DNA of 64,000 nucleotides. It comes from Eledone cirrhosa (lineage: Eukaryota). The notes beneath the pieces are model-generated. The model searched no databases. It worked only from the letters and a program-made list of their open reading frames with translations, and was not told the DNA's origin. Location of the stretch: contig OZ024741.1 in assembly GCA_964016885.1 (NCBI GenBank), positions 370,636,001-370,700,000 on the forward strand, read 5' to 3'. Below, piece by piece: positions 14,831 to 28,728 of this stretch (position 1 is the stretch's first letter; each line of letters begins with the position of its first letter). The position numbers and the translations under genes are program-made.

Positions 14831-15714
14831 TGCTCGTCACGTTTATTTTCTTTTCTATTTTTTTTCCATTTTTCGCTTATTTTCTCTTTTCTTTTTCTAT
14901 TCTTTTCAAAATGGTTTTCGCCAGATTATTTTCTTTTGTTTGATTCTCCGCCATTTTGTTTCTTTAGCGAAATTTTCGTTATTCTACTTATTACGAATAA
15001 TTCCACGCCTGCTTTATTTATTTACCTCGTAAACATTAGATCAAAGTAGAGCTTGCAATATAGGATGTTGTCGAATCTGAAGTTAGTGTAGTGTGAATTA
15101 GTGAAAGGAGAGGGAAAAACAGCAACATCAACAACAACATTAACAACAGCAATAACATTATTGTGAGAGTTGGATGAGTTAGTATGAATAAGAATAGGCG
15201 ACAAGGTTGTAGATGTGGTAGCATGGATGGGTTGCAGTGTAGTAGCTGTAGTAGTATTAGTGGTAGTATAGTATGTGTCGTAGCACAGGTGGTAATGCAG
15301 TTAGTGTGGTAGTGCGGATGGTAGTAGTGGTAATATAGTGGCTGTGGTAAGTATGGTTGGAGGTGGAGAGATGTGAGGGTGATATGTGCTGATAGGGTGA
15401 TGGGGGTGGCGAGGTGGGGTGGTGGGGTCATGGGGTGATGGAGAGGGGTAGTTGTAGAGAGGTGTGTTGGGGAGGAGTGATGGGAAGGTGTGGTGGCGGC
15501 GAAGTGTAGTGGAGATGATGTGTGGTGGAGGAGCGGAGAAGGGTGGTGTAGTGGGGATGATGTGTGGTGGGGGAAGGGTGAAGGGAGGTGTAGGGAGAGA
15601 TATGGGGGAGGGGTAATTGGTAAGACCAGGACATATCAAGAGTAATGATGGTCGGCTCCATTATCGACATTATTCATTGTGGAATTGTCACCAACGCCAT
15701 TAGCAGCAGCAGCA

Positions 15715-16740
15715 TCACACTCACAACCACAACCACCACCACTACCATCACCATCACAACCAGTGTTATCATCACCACCACAACCATCACCATCACAACC
15801 AGCGTTATCATCACATCACAACCAGCGTTATCATCACCACCACTACCATCACCATCACAACCAGCGTTATCATCACCACCACAACCATCACCATCACAAC
15901 CAGTGTTATCATCACCACCACTACCATCACCATCACAACCAGCGTTATCATCACCACCCACAACCATCACCATCACAACCAGCGTTACCATCACTACCAT
16001 CACCATCACAACCAGTGTTATCATCACCACCACAACCATCACCATCACAACCAGCGTTATCATCACATCACAACCAGCGTTATCATCACCACCACTACCA
16101 TCACCATCACAACCAGCGTTATCATCACCACCACAACCATCACCATCACAACCAGTGTTATCATCACCACCACTACCATCACCATCACAACCAGCGTTAT
16201 CATCACCACCCACAACCATCACCATCACAACCAGCGTTACCATCACCACCACTACCATCACCATCAAACCAGCGTTATCATCACCACCAACAACATCACC
16301 ATCACAACCAGCGTTACCATCACCACCAACAACATCACCATCACAACCAGCGTTATCATCACCACCACTACCATCACCATCACAACCAGCGTTATCATCA
16401 CCACCAACATCACCATCACAACCAGCGTTACCATCACCACCAACAACATCACCATCACAACCAGCGTTACCATCACCACCACTACCATCACCATCACAAC
16501 CAGCGTTATCATCACCACCAACATCACCATCACAACCAGCGTTACCATCACCATCACAACCAGCGTTATCATCACCACCAACATACCATCACAACCAGCG
16601 TTACCATCACCATCACAACCAGCGTTATCATCACCACCAACATCACCATCACAACCAGCGTTACCATCACCATCACAACCAGCGTTATCATCACCACCAA
16701 CAACATCACCATCATAGCAATCAGCACCGACACATTCCTC
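15715..16740. repeat. CACCATCACAACCAGCGTTATCAT minisatellite (~21-39 bp units)
   Basis: Direct tandem repeats; the long ORFs are by-products. Confidence 0.9.
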
Positions 16741-16996
16741 ACCATCACCACCGATACCACCACCGCCATCATCCTCATCATCACCATCACAGTCACCAGC
16801 AGCAGCAACATCACCATAACCACCACAACAAACACACACACACACGCACACACTGACATGTGCACACATACATAAATAAACAAGTACAAATATAGAGAGT
16901 CACACATATTTACACATGCGCAAACACATCATTTGATTATATGCGTTTGTATGTGTATATAACAGTGTGTGTGGGGGGGGGGGGGGGGGGGGGGTA

Positions 16997-17579
16997 CGGG
17001 GGCTGGCTGAAAAGTTCATAGGCTGAACAAGATACTCTCAGGGAATGAACAAATAAGGTTTATTTTTCAACATAGTCTCTGGAAAGAAACAACGCATTTA
17101 TTATTGAGACGATTGGCAGTATCGGTAGAGCGTCGGACAACATGCTTTGCAGCATAGAGTTGCGGCCCTTTATGATCTGAGTTCAAATCCCGCCGAGGTT
17201 AACTTTGCCTTTCATCCTTACAGGGTCGATAAAATAAAGTACCAGTAATACACTGAGTTAATTGCTGGCCTTGTGCCAAAAAGTAGAAACAATTATTAAT
17301 AAGACGATTGGCAGTATCGGTTGAGCGTCGGACAACATGCTTCACAGCATAGAGTTACGGACCTTTACGTTCTGAGTTCAAATCCCGCCGAGGTTAAGTT
17401 TGCCTTGCATTCTTACGGGGTTGATAAAATAAAGTACCAGAAATGTACTGGTTTCGATTTCATCGACTTTCCCCTCCCCTTCAAATATCTGGCCTTGTGC
17501 CTAAAGTAGAAATAGTTATTATTAAGAGGATATACATTACTCCTTCATAGTCAACCTATTAACTTTCAGCCGACCCTCG
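16997..17579. mobile_element. Mariner-like non-autonomous DNA transposon carrying two nested SINEs
   Basis: TIRs CGGGGGCTGGCTGAAAAGTTCATAGGCTGA / TCAACCTATTAACTTTCAGCCGACCCTCG; TA on both sides. Confidence 0.7.
17107..17523 (+). mobile_element. Two tandem tRNA-derived SINEs (Meta/MESC-like central domain)
   Basis: B box GAGTTCAAATCC; central ttgcctttcatcct...gtcgataaaataaagtacc; tail ggccttgtgcc..aaagtagaaa. Confidence 0.8.
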
Positions 17580-17970
17580 TATGTATGTATGTATGTATGT
17601 ATGTATGTATGTATGTATGTATGTATGTATGTATGTATGTATGTATGTATGTATGTATGTATGTATGTATGTATGTATGTATGTATGTATGTATGTATGT
17701 ATGTATGTATGTATGTATGTATGTATGTATGTATGTATGTATGTATGTATGTATGTATGTATGTATGTATGTATGTATGTATGTATGTATGTATGTATGT
17801 ATGTATGTATGTATGTATGTATGTATGTATGTATGTATGTATGTATGTATGTATGTATGTATGTATGTATGTATGTATGTATGTATGTATGTATGTATGT
17901 ATGTATGTATGTATGTATGTATGTATGTATGTATGTATGTATGTATGCATGCATGCATGCATGCATGCAT
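17580..17970. repeat. (TATG)n tetranucleotide microsatellite
   Basis: Pure repeat of ~90 units. Confidence 0.98.
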
Positions 17971-18029
17971 GTTTTGTTTTGTTTTTAGTCCTGCAGGATG
18001 TCCAAAGTCACCCTCCTCACCAATAATTG

Positions 18030-18167
18030 TGACAAGTGTAGTGTTTGTACCAGAGTTTTCAAGTCGCTGGCTGGACTAAAAAGTCACACTCGTTCAGCGC
18101 ATCGGAAGGCGTTCTCCTACATGGATATAAAGTAGTGGCCGTACTCGAAAACGAGTTGGTGGCCACC

Positions 18168-18200
<33 letters not shown>

Positions 18201-18475
18201 TGTATGTATGTATGTATGTATGTATGTATGTACGTATGTTCTTCTGGTTTTATAATTTTATAAATGTTTACCAATAGAGAGAGAGAGAGAGTCGGTTTCT
18301 AACATAGATACAAGACTCTCATTGGAATTTACACAACATCAACTAGGTAGATGTGTATGTATGTTTGCATGTGTGTACAGGTACGGATGTTATTGTATGT
18401 GTGGATGTTTTGAGTTGTATATGTGCATGTGCATACCTTTTGTATCTGTCTGTACATGTGTATATGCAGTTATTA
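18030..18475 (+). repeat. Inverted duplicate of 9668-10055 (RTE 3' end plus downstream flank)
   Basis: Reverse-complement match, e.g. gtggccgtactcgaaaacgagttgg and ctctcattggaatttacacaacatcaact. Confidence 0.85.
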
Positions 18476-18589
18476 GATGCAGAATTTTGGGAATGTTTTA
18501 CATATTTTTACTGTTCCATTAATGGATTGTACTTGTATGTATGTATGTATGTATGTATGTATGTATGTATGTATGTATGTATGTATGTA

Positions 18590-18700
18590 TACCGTCACTG
18601 TTTAACGGCTATCTTCCATGATTGTATAGATTAGACGGCTTGTCGCATGCTGAGGTCAAACTTACTTTCCACGGCAGGATGCCCTTCCTAACGCCAGCCA
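18590..18700 (-). mobile_element. SINE/RTE-related 3' fragment
   Basis: cggcaggatgcccttcctaacgcc motif, typical of RTE-related SINE domains. Confidence 0.5.
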
Positions 18701-18812
18701 GCTTACAGTGTGTACTAAGGAGCATTTTATCATATCGTTACTCCGGAACTACCACTCTACATGGTGGACTATGTGCTCGCGTGGCACCAGCACTGCCATG
18801 GTCTACGACTCT

Positions 18813-18858
<46 letters not shown>

Positions 18859-18865
18859 ATATATA

Positions 18866-19148
18866 AACTGAAAAGGGTTATATGTACCTCTCGACCGTCT
18901 CCAGTACAACTGAAAAGGGTTACATGTACCTCTCGACCGTCTCCAGTACAATTGAAAAGAGTTACATGTACCTCTCGACCGTCTCCAGTACAACTGAAAA
19001 GGGTTACATGTACCTCTCGACCGTCTCCAGTACAACTGAAAAGGGTTACATGTACCTCTCGACCGTCTCCAGTACAACTGAAAAGGGTTACATGTACCTC
19101 TCGACCGTCTCCAGTACAACTGAAAAGAGTTACATGTACCTCTCGACC
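18866..19148. repeat. 42-bp tandem repeat, ~6.7 copies
   Basis: Unit AACTGAAAAGGGTTACATGTACCTCTCGACCGTCTCCAGTAC; no spacers between units. Confidence 0.95.
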
Positions 19149-19424
19149 AGGATTGAACCCAAGGCCAGGATCTTCACCGTCTCCAGTACCTACCGCTAGG
19201 CCAAAGAGACAACTTGAAACGGCTTGAGCTCTGCCGTCGGGGTTTTAAACATTTTCCTATATATATATATATATATGATTATCCCGGGTTCAATCGGGGG
19301 TAACCACAGGTACTCATTACATAGCAGAGTATAAATATTTAATATATAATATAGAAATGGCTTCTACAATATGCATAAGGAAAGTATATACTTTCAGACG
19401 TTCAACCATCTGGCAGGAAGATAT

Positions 19425-19467
19425 ACGATGCTGACGATAGCTAATAAGCTTGAAACTGGTACATCGT
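19425..19467 (+). ncRNA. Minimal type I hammerhead ribozyme (canonical core)
   Basis: ACGATG-CTGACGA-T AGCT aata AGCT T-GAAAC tg GTA^-CATCGT: 6-bp stem I, GUA cleavage triplet. Confidence 0.85.
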
Positions 19468-19670
19468 TTCTGTGTCTGTGTTGAACAAAAAGGTGACCTG
19501 GTTGCCTAAACACTGTACGGCGTAATTCGGGCTGTTTGTTTGTTTACAAACAAACAAACCGAGCATTATAATAAATGTTCGATAAACCGATACGTGCATG
19601 TATGTATATATATACATACTACTGTACGTCTGTATACATATATGTATGTACGTATACATACATACATACT

Positions 19671-19715
<45 letters not shown>

Positions 19716-19718
<3 letters not shown>

Positions 19719-19808
19719 AAAAAGTTTGACCCAGACGGCAGAGCTCAAGCCGTTTCGATGGCTATTGGTGCGTTATGGTCCATCTGGTTCCTTACCACAC
19801 CACCTTCG

Positions 19809-19810
<2 letters not shown>
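19716..19810. mobile_element. Mini element between (TA)n tracts: minus-strand 3' half of the U3-A8 HHR family joined to the plus-strand family tail
   Basis: gacggcagagctcaagccgtttcg matches 24391-24413; ggtgcgttatggtccat...ccttcgtt matches 24864-24908. Confidence 0.7.
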
Positions 19811-19887
<77 letters not shown>

Positions 19888-20077
19888 CACATACACATAC
19901 ATATATATGCATATGTAAGCATGTAAGCATGCGTGTGTCTGTGAAGTTCGCTTCTTCGTAGCAGTCTATTCATAGTGTTATTTTACCCGATTTCCGAAGC
20001 TATTATTTATAGTAATCGACTGTTGTTACAGTCTTTTCGGAGTTTTGCATATTACTCTCTCTCTCTCTCCCTTTCTC

Positions 20078-20146
<69 letters not shown>

Positions 20147-20212
20147 GTCTGTGTGTGTGTATGTGTCCGTACCCGCATTTATGTGTGTGCCCGTATGTGT
20201 GTGTGTGTGCCC

Positions 20213-20253
<41 letters not shown>

Positions 20254-20754
20254 TGTCCGTACCCGTATGTATGTGTGTGCCCGTATGTGTGTGTGTGTGT
20301 GCCCGTATATGAGTGTGTGTGTGTGTCCGTACCCGTATGTATGTGTGTGCCCGTATGTGTATGTGTGTATGTGTGTGCCCGTATATGAGTGTGTGTGCGT
20401 GTGTGTGTATGTGTCCGTACCCGTGTGTGCGTATGTGTGTCCGTGTATGCCTGTGTGCGTATGCGTGTATGTAGTAGGAGGGATGGAAAACAGGGTTGTG
20501 AATGCTACATCATTTGATATAACTATTATGCTCAGCGCACCCACTCCGTACCATTCGGCCATTTGTGCCTCCCTTTGTAGTATCTGAGAGGAGAGAGCAG
20601 CTATTTAGTGTGAACATAAATTGGTCTAACCTCGAATATCTTGAAAACATCTCCTGTTTATTTATCTAATTAGGAGCAACGTTTTCAGACCTATACAATT
20701 GGCCATAAAATGTTTTTCAGACCACTACAACATTCTCTTTAAGTGTGGAATATA

Positions 20755-21680
20755 GCGGTGGTGGTGGTGGTAGTGGCGGTGGTGGTGGTGGTGGTGGTGG
20801 TGGCGGTGGTGGTGGTGGTGGTGGCGGTGGTGGTGGTGGTGGTAGTGGTGATAATGGTGGTGGTGGTGGTGATAATGGTGGTGGTGGTTGTAATGGTGGC
20901 GGTGGTAGTGGCGGTGGTGGTGGTGGTGGTGGTAGTGGCGGTGGTGGTGGTGGTGGTGGTGGTGGCGGTGGTGGTGGTGGTGGTGGTAGTGGTGATAATG
21001 GTGGTGGTGGTGGTGATAATGGTGGTGGTGGTTGTAATGGTGGCGGTGGTAGTGGCGGTGGTGGTGGTGGTGGTGGTGGTAGTAGTGGCGGTGGTGGTGG
21101 TGGTGGTGGTGATGGTGGTGATAATGGTGGTGGTGGTTGTAATGGTGGCGGTGGTGGTGGTGGTGGTGGTGGTGGTGGCGGCGGCGGCGGCGGTGGTGGT
21201 GGTGGTGGTGGTGGTGGTAGTGGTGGTGATATTGGTGGTGGTGGTGGTGGTGGTGATGGTGATGGTGAGGGTGGTGTAGTTGGCGATGGTAGTGGTGGGG
21301 AAGGTGGTGGAAGAAGGTGATGGTGGGGAATGTGGTGACGGGAAAGGTGGTGTTGGTGGTGGCGATGGTGGGAACAAGGTGGTGGGGGAAGGTGGTGATG
21401 GGGGAGGGTTTTGTTGTTGGCGGTGGTGGTGGTGGTGGTGGTGATGGGAAAGGTGGTGTTGCTGGTGATGGTGGTAATGGTGAAAGGTGAAGATAATGAT
21501 GAAGGAGATGGGTATCATGGCAGCGATGGCGATGATGATGATGATAATAATGACGATACGAGGGATGGCGGCGATGACGGTTGTAGTCGTTGTGGTGATG
21601 ATGTGGATGATGATGGTGATGGAACGATGATGGTAATGATGACGATAATACTGATGATGATACTGATGATGATACTGATG
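20755..21680. repeat. (GGT)n/(GAT)n trinucleotide region
   Basis: Directly visible. Confidence 0.95.
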
Positions 21681-21778
21681 ATGGTTCTGTGGTGTCTTTA
21701 TGTTTTAAGGAGGGCACAAGAGTTCAACTATAAACTTAGTTATGACTTACAATCCCTATATATATATATACATATATA

Positions 21779-21850
<72 letters not shown>

Positions 21851-22433
21851 TACTTACAGCTCTTTACTAATTTACTTACCTCTGGAAATACTATTCATTC
21901 TCATTATGTCTATCTATCTATGTACATAATACATACATACATACACACGTGTGTGGGTGTGGGTGTGGGTGTTTTGTACATATACATATGCGTGTATGCA
22001 TATAAATACATGAACTGTACCTATGTGGTGAATGAATTTAAGTGAGTTTTGTCTATAGAAAACGCATCACGGACTTATTCACCGAGAAATATAAAATGGC
22101 GAACAATGATGTTTGGCTATAGATTGTACGAAATAAACGTCAGAATATGTGCTTTCTGATTGCAATAAAAAACTATTTATCTCGTAAAATATGGTGAATT
22201 TGCTGTGATTTCTAGTATAAATGTCCATTAGGTTGATTACAAATATCAAACACAAGTTTGAATTATAGCTGCAGTCACAACGCCAGTTATAGCTGTTTAA
22301 ATCTTCGATCTGCAATCTGTAATTGCATATATATAAAACTTTGTGCTCGTAAATAGTGTTATGAAAAATTGAAAACTGCCACACAGACTGGGAAAAATAG
22401 GCTGATAAAGACAAAGAGGGTGATAGATAGAGG

Positions 22434-22500
<67 letters not shown>

Positions 22501-22501
<1 letters not shown>

Positions 22502-22554
22502 TTATTTCTTTATTAGCCACAGGGGCACAAAAGAAGGGGACAAATACAAAGGGG

Positions 22555-22557
<3 letters not shown>
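22501..22557 (-). mobile_element. ~57-bp 3' tip of the Tx1/L1-like LINE inside (GATA)n
   Basis: ttctttattagccacaggggcacaaaagaaggggacaaatacaaaggggg matches the LINE 3' ends at 49218, 49712 and 50780. Confidence 0.8.
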
Positions 22558-22602
<45 letters not shown>

Positions 22603-23094
22603 TATAGATAGATAGATAGAAAAATATAAATATACATAGAGGGGAGAGAACAAGAGAGAGAGAGGGAGATAGAGAGAGAGAGGGAGAGAGCTAAATACAT
22701 ATGAGTAAAAAAAAGTATATATAGTGAGAGAAGAAAACTAGAAAAATGAGAGAATTGATGAAATCATGTCTGCTTGTGATTAGGTTATATCTTTATTTAT
22801 TTTACAAGTTTTATGAAATTACACGACACAAACCAATATTTTCCTATTTTCCCCTTTCTTTAACAAAACACATTGTACTGATAACATCCGCTGAAAGGAT
22901 GGCTTCTTTCTCTCTTTTACGCTGGAAAACTGTAAAGTTAAAACTATTAGTCACTTATCTAACGGGCAAATAATGTGATTATATGGCAGGCAGTTGTGGC
23001 TGAAATATGATTTCGATTCACAGCGAAGACAGTTTCACATTTCTTCCCCTGTTTGGAGCACTAAAGGAATGTATGAACAATATATAGGTATGTA

Positions 23095-23303
23095 AGGGCG
23101 ATGGATTGTGGAGGGTCGGACGCCATGCTTTACAACATAGACTTACAGCCCTTTATGATCTGAGTTCAAATCCCGCCGATGTTGACTTTGCCTTTCATCC
23201 TTACGGGCTCAATAAAGTAAAGCTCCAGTAATACACTGGGGCCGATTTAATCGACTTCTTCTCCCCCAAAATCACTGGTCTTGTGCCTATATAAGAAACC
23301 AAT
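23095..23303 (+). mobile_element. tRNA-derived SINE
   Basis: Same B box, central domain and tail as 17107. Confidence 0.8.
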
Positions 23304-23487
23304 ATATATGTATTTATAGTCCCGTAACTCCTGATAGAGTTGTAGGGGTGCCGTATTAACATACGGCGTTTGTTGGGCATTTTAAGCCTGGCGGAGCCCA
23401 TCCCTCTCCAGGCCTGAGTACAGCAGATTTCTTCCAGAGAAAGATAGAAAGTGAGAGAGAGGAAATGAGAAAGAATATAGAGGAAGA

Positions 23488-23645
23488 ATCTACCCCAGTA
23501 CGAGACTGGTATTTTTTTTTATCGACCATGGAAGGATGAAAGGCAAAGTTGACCTCAGTGGAATTTGAACTCAGAGAGCAGAGAGCCAGAACGAATACCA
23601 TTCACCATTCTATCTGACATCTAACGACTCTACCAATTTGCCGCC
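23488..23645 (-). mobile_element. tRNA-derived SINE (a further head fragment lies at 23745-23812)
   Basis: aggatgaaaggcaaagttgacctc...atttgaactcag. Confidence 0.75.
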
Positions 23646-24367
23646 TATCTCGATAGAATCCACCGATTTACCGAAATGCTGAACGAAATTGAACATGTGA
23701 TTGTGTGTATCTTTCATCGTGACAAATAGTATCGATCATGGAAAGACCAATGGAACAAATACCACAAAGCATTCTATCCGACATTCTAACGACTCTGGCA
23801 ATTCACCACCCTAAACAATATATACATAGTTTATTTTCCTAGCCACTAGAAAAAAATATGGTTGAGTGTCTTAATACGAGACGGTGATAGAGCGTCAGGT
23901 TGAATAGCTTGTGGGAAATACTGTAAGACTTTACCAGCATAATGTATCTTGGATTATATTCTAGCAGAGATTTGCGTAGTCACAGATCAGCCCTGATTCA
24001 GCAGACATATTTAGTTATGTAAGCACACATAGCTAGGTAGGTAACTAATTAAAGTTTAACTAGAACTTCAAATATAGATACCTTTTAAAATGATTAATCT
24101 CCTTTGTATATATTTCTTTAAGTAAGAAAAATATTTCACCAATTAATCCGTAAATCACAGTAGTCAAATTATCGGATGGTCACCAAAGGAGAAGAAGATA
24201 ACTATCTGCGTTTACAAAGCAAATGCAAATCTGTGAATGACTCGAACCACGTGTTGCATGTTAAAAAATACACATATTGTACAACGTCAACCCAGTGGCG
24301 TGAATAGGACCATCGACAGCCAGAAATAGCAGCTTATTTACTTAAATATATATATATATATATATAT

Positions 24368-25078
<711 letters not shown>

Positions 25079-25087
25079 ATATATATA

Positions 25088-25178
25088 AAAGAAAAAACGA
25101 GCAAGTTTCGTTTACATATGAAAATATTTATTGTTCGTATTTTTCATATGTAAACGAAACTTCCTCATTTTTTCTGTT
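25088..25178. repeat. Small inverted repeat adjacent to (TA)n
   Basis: aagtttcgtttacatatgaaaa / ttttcatatgtaaacgaaactt. Confidence 0.75.
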
Positions 25179-25246
25179 ATATGCACTCTGCCTATGCATA
25201 GAGTGGTTGATTTGGTACGAACACTAGTACTTCACCGTACTACCTA

Positions 25247-25297
<51 letters not shown>

Positions 25298-25302
<5 letters not shown>

Positions 25303-26253
25303 AAAAATTGAACAGGGACAGAACAGAGAGGCAGTACGACAAATGTTTATTAGCTTCACGCTCAGGAGAGTGGGGGGTAGGTGGAGGACGACGTTTCGGG
25401 CATAAGCCCTTCTTCGGGTAAGAGTTCAAAAGGTGTGTAGGGGAGTGGTGGAGAGACATATAGCGAAAGGAAACGGTGCGAATGAAAAATTAACAAATAA
25501 AGACAAAATTATAATAAATAATAAATAAAAATAAAGCATGATCAAAATACAAGGAATGAGAACATTTAAAAATAAAGGCATGATCAAAATAAACTGAAAT
25601 TAAAAGGGGGGTAAACAGGTGGTGGAAGGGTGTGGGGTGAGTAGAGGTGGAGGCGGGTGGAGTGGGGAGAGGGAGACGGGGTGTCCGAGCGGGGAGGGCT
25701 GAAGGTGGTGTGTGTGGTTAGGTGTGCGTGTGTGTGTGTGTGTGTGTATGTGAAAGTGAGGGTTGGGGGAAGAACGGGGTTGCATGTTCAGGAAGGTGTG
25801 TGTGAGGGGTGTTTTTGTGTGTCGGAGGGTCTGTGCGTGTGTGGATAGGGGGTGGGGGGGAGAGGAATCAGGGGGCTGAGGGTGTAAATATGTGGTGGGA
25901 AGCACGTGTGTGTGGTTTAAGCGTGTTGTGGGTGTGGGTGGCGTGTGGATAAAAAAATTTGTTTTGGGATGTGTGTGTGGGTGAGTTATATAGGTGATGG
26001 TGTTAGAGGATGGTTGAAAAGTGGTAAGTTACACGGATGTATGGAGATTTTGGTTGGAAGTCAAAACGCGTGTGGGTAATCCAAGAAGCGGTGGTCGGAA
26101 GAGGAGAGATGTGGGGTGCGCGCGCAACAGGAAGTGGTCAGCAGTGGAAGTGCTGTGGTCAGTGGGTGCTGAGACAGTGGTCGGAAGGGCATAGCAGCAG
26201 TCAGCGGAATGGTAGGGAGGCGAGGATGGGTAGGTGTGAGAGTTGGAGTGGGG

Positions 26254-26328
<75 letters not shown>

Positions 26329-26926
26329 ATTAGTAGGGGTGTTAGTGGGATGAGTGAGTGTGGAGTGGGGAGAGAAGGGTGTGTGTGGTTCTAAGGAGGG
26401 AGTGTGGTGTACTGGTGTGTGTGTAGTTTGGTGAGGAGGTGTTAGTGGGTGTTAGTAGACGGGAGGTGGGGAGGGGTGGAATGCAGGTGTGAGTGGGGGT
26501 TAGTGGGGGTAGGGTGTGTAGAGTGGTGGTGTACGAGGGTGTGTGGGTACGTGTGCGTGGGGTTGGAGGGTGTTAGTGATGTTAGTTGCGTGTGGGGTGG
26601 GTGGTGTAAGTGTGTGCGTGTGATAAGGAGGGGGAGGCGGAGAAGAGGGGAGGGAAGGGATGTTAGTATGTTAGTTGGGGAAGGGTGGTTAGATGAGGGG
26701 TGGAGTGGGGGTGTTAGTATTGTTAGTGTGGGGTGGGCGGTGAAAAGGAGGGGTGTGTTAGTGGTGTTAGTGGGGGATAAGTGGGGGGGGGGTCGAACGC
26801 TAAAGGAATAAGGGTGGGGAGTTCAGGCCGGGGGGGGTGTGGGTCTGTAAGATGAAGATAGTACGTTGTTCGACCGTGAGGCGATGGGCGGGTGTTCCGT
26901 GGCACTGGAGTAGGCCACAGACTGTG
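25298..26926 (-). mobile_element. 5'-truncated Neptune-type Penelope-like element: GIY-YIG C-terminus, long C-rich 3' region, HHR-like motif, AATAAA; (TA)n on both sides
   Basis: Peptide at 26800-26925; HHR-like CCGAAGA-A GGGC ttat GCCC-GAAACGTC at 25388-25419 (stem I weak). Confidence 0.75.
26800..26925 (-). pseudogene. PLE GIY-YIG endonuclease C-terminal fragment
   Basis: TVCGLLQCHGTPAHRLTVEQRTIFILQTHTPPGLNSPPLFL* fits the R..EQ..IF.L.T..P.GLN ending of PLE endonucleases. Confidence 0.75.
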
Positions 26927-27122
26927 ATATATATATATATATATATATACAGAGAGAGAGAGAGAGAAGGAGAGAGACAAAGAGAGAGATTAGAATTATA
27001 CCTACTTTAAACTAGAAAGAGCATAATTCAGTAGAGTACTCCATACTTGGGATAGTAGAGTGGAAATAAAGTAGAGACTTAAGGACCAATAGCAGGAGCT
27101 CAGCGCTCGGTTCCTGAATCTG

Positions 27123-27201
<79 letters not shown>

Positions 27202-27324
27202 TGTATGTATAGTATATTTGGCAATATACCGTATTTTTAATTAAAAACATTTTGAAGACCATACGCTATCGGTTTTAAAGTAGGGACTATGTCACTTACT
27301 TCTTCTCGGCCAAAGAAGGGAGAG

Positions 27325-27363
27325 AAGCTAACAGTCTGTTTCACGCTGTTTGACGATCATCAT
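27325..27363 (-). ncRNA. Truncated hammerhead-like motif whose core runs into (ATG)n
   Basis: (..)TGATGA-T CG tcaaacag CG T-GAAACAG ac TGTT; the 5' strand of stem I is missing. Confidence 0.4.
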
Positions 27364-27402
27364 CATCATCATCATCATCATATATATATATATATATATA
27401 TA

Positions 27403-27550
<148 letters not shown>

Positions 27551-27588
27551 CATATAGATATATAGATATATATATATCATCATATATA

Positions 27589-27624
<36 letters not shown>

Positions 27625-27679
27625 ATCATATATATCTATATATATATATATATATATATAGCATATATATATATATATA

Positions 27680-27719
<40 letters not shown>

Positions 27720-27723
27720 TCAT

Positions 27724-27788
<65 letters not shown>

Positions 27789-27881
27789 TATATATACACG
27801 TAATGTATAGTTATATGTATTAAGGACGTGGGCATATAAAGCCAAAGACCACAAACTGGTTCAGGATATGCTTCTTAAGAT

Positions 27882-28016
27882 ATAATTGTTTCTACTTTAG
27901 GCACAAGGCCAGCAATTACCCAGTGCATTACTGGTATTTTATTTTATCGACCCCGTAAGGATGAAAGGCAAAGTCAACCTCGGCGGGATTTGAACTCAGA
28001 TCGTAAAGGGACGTAA
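27882..28016 (-). mobile_element. tRNA-derived SINE (5' truncated)
   Basis: Central domain and tail match the family. Confidence 0.8.
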
Positions 28017-28540
28017 AGATATATGCACACACACACACGCGCACATTTTCACAAACCCATATGAATATATAGGTTTGCATATATATGTATATATATATGT
28101 AGTAGCCTATTCTATATTAAATATATATACTCTGTTATGTATTGAGTACCTTACTTACTGTGGTTAACCCCGATTGAACCTGGGATACACACATATATAG
28201 GGATAGATATAGATATAGAAATATAGACATGTATACGTATATATGTGTGTATATATGTGTGTATATATGTGTGTGAGTGTGTATATTTGTGTGCGTGTAC
28301 ATATGTATATATATATATGTATATATACCTAGCCATATGTATGTATACAAACATATGAGAGTGTGTATATGTTTGCATGTGTACATGATATATATATATA
28401 TAAATATATTTTATATACACATTTTTCATAGATACATACACATTATATTTATCTGTAAAAGTACATACATACATGTATTCACTAACATATATGTATATAT
28501 AATGATATATATATATATATATATATATATGTTTGTGTGC

Positions 28541-28584
<44 letters not shown>

Positions 28585-28689
28585 GCAGGTATTTATGTAC
28601 CTATACTTGTATAAACATATATGTACACACGTATCTGTCTCTCTCTCTATATATATATATGTTACACACACACATACTCACACGCACGC

Positions 28690-28728
<39 letters not shown>

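Noticed and set aside
15645-16875. 400-aa Pro/Ser/Thr- or His-rich mucin/extensin-like ORFs
   Set aside because: Open in several frames on both strands because of a stop-free minisatellite; no signal peptide or splice evidence
17107-17200. tRNA gene
   Set aside because: Only A/B-box-like SINE heads followed by a SINE body; no cloverleaf
18866-19148. Possible CRISPR array
   Set aside because: Units are contiguous with no unique spacers; eukaryotic context; no cas genes
20745-21320. Gly-rich ORF
   Set aside because: (GGT)n microsatellite
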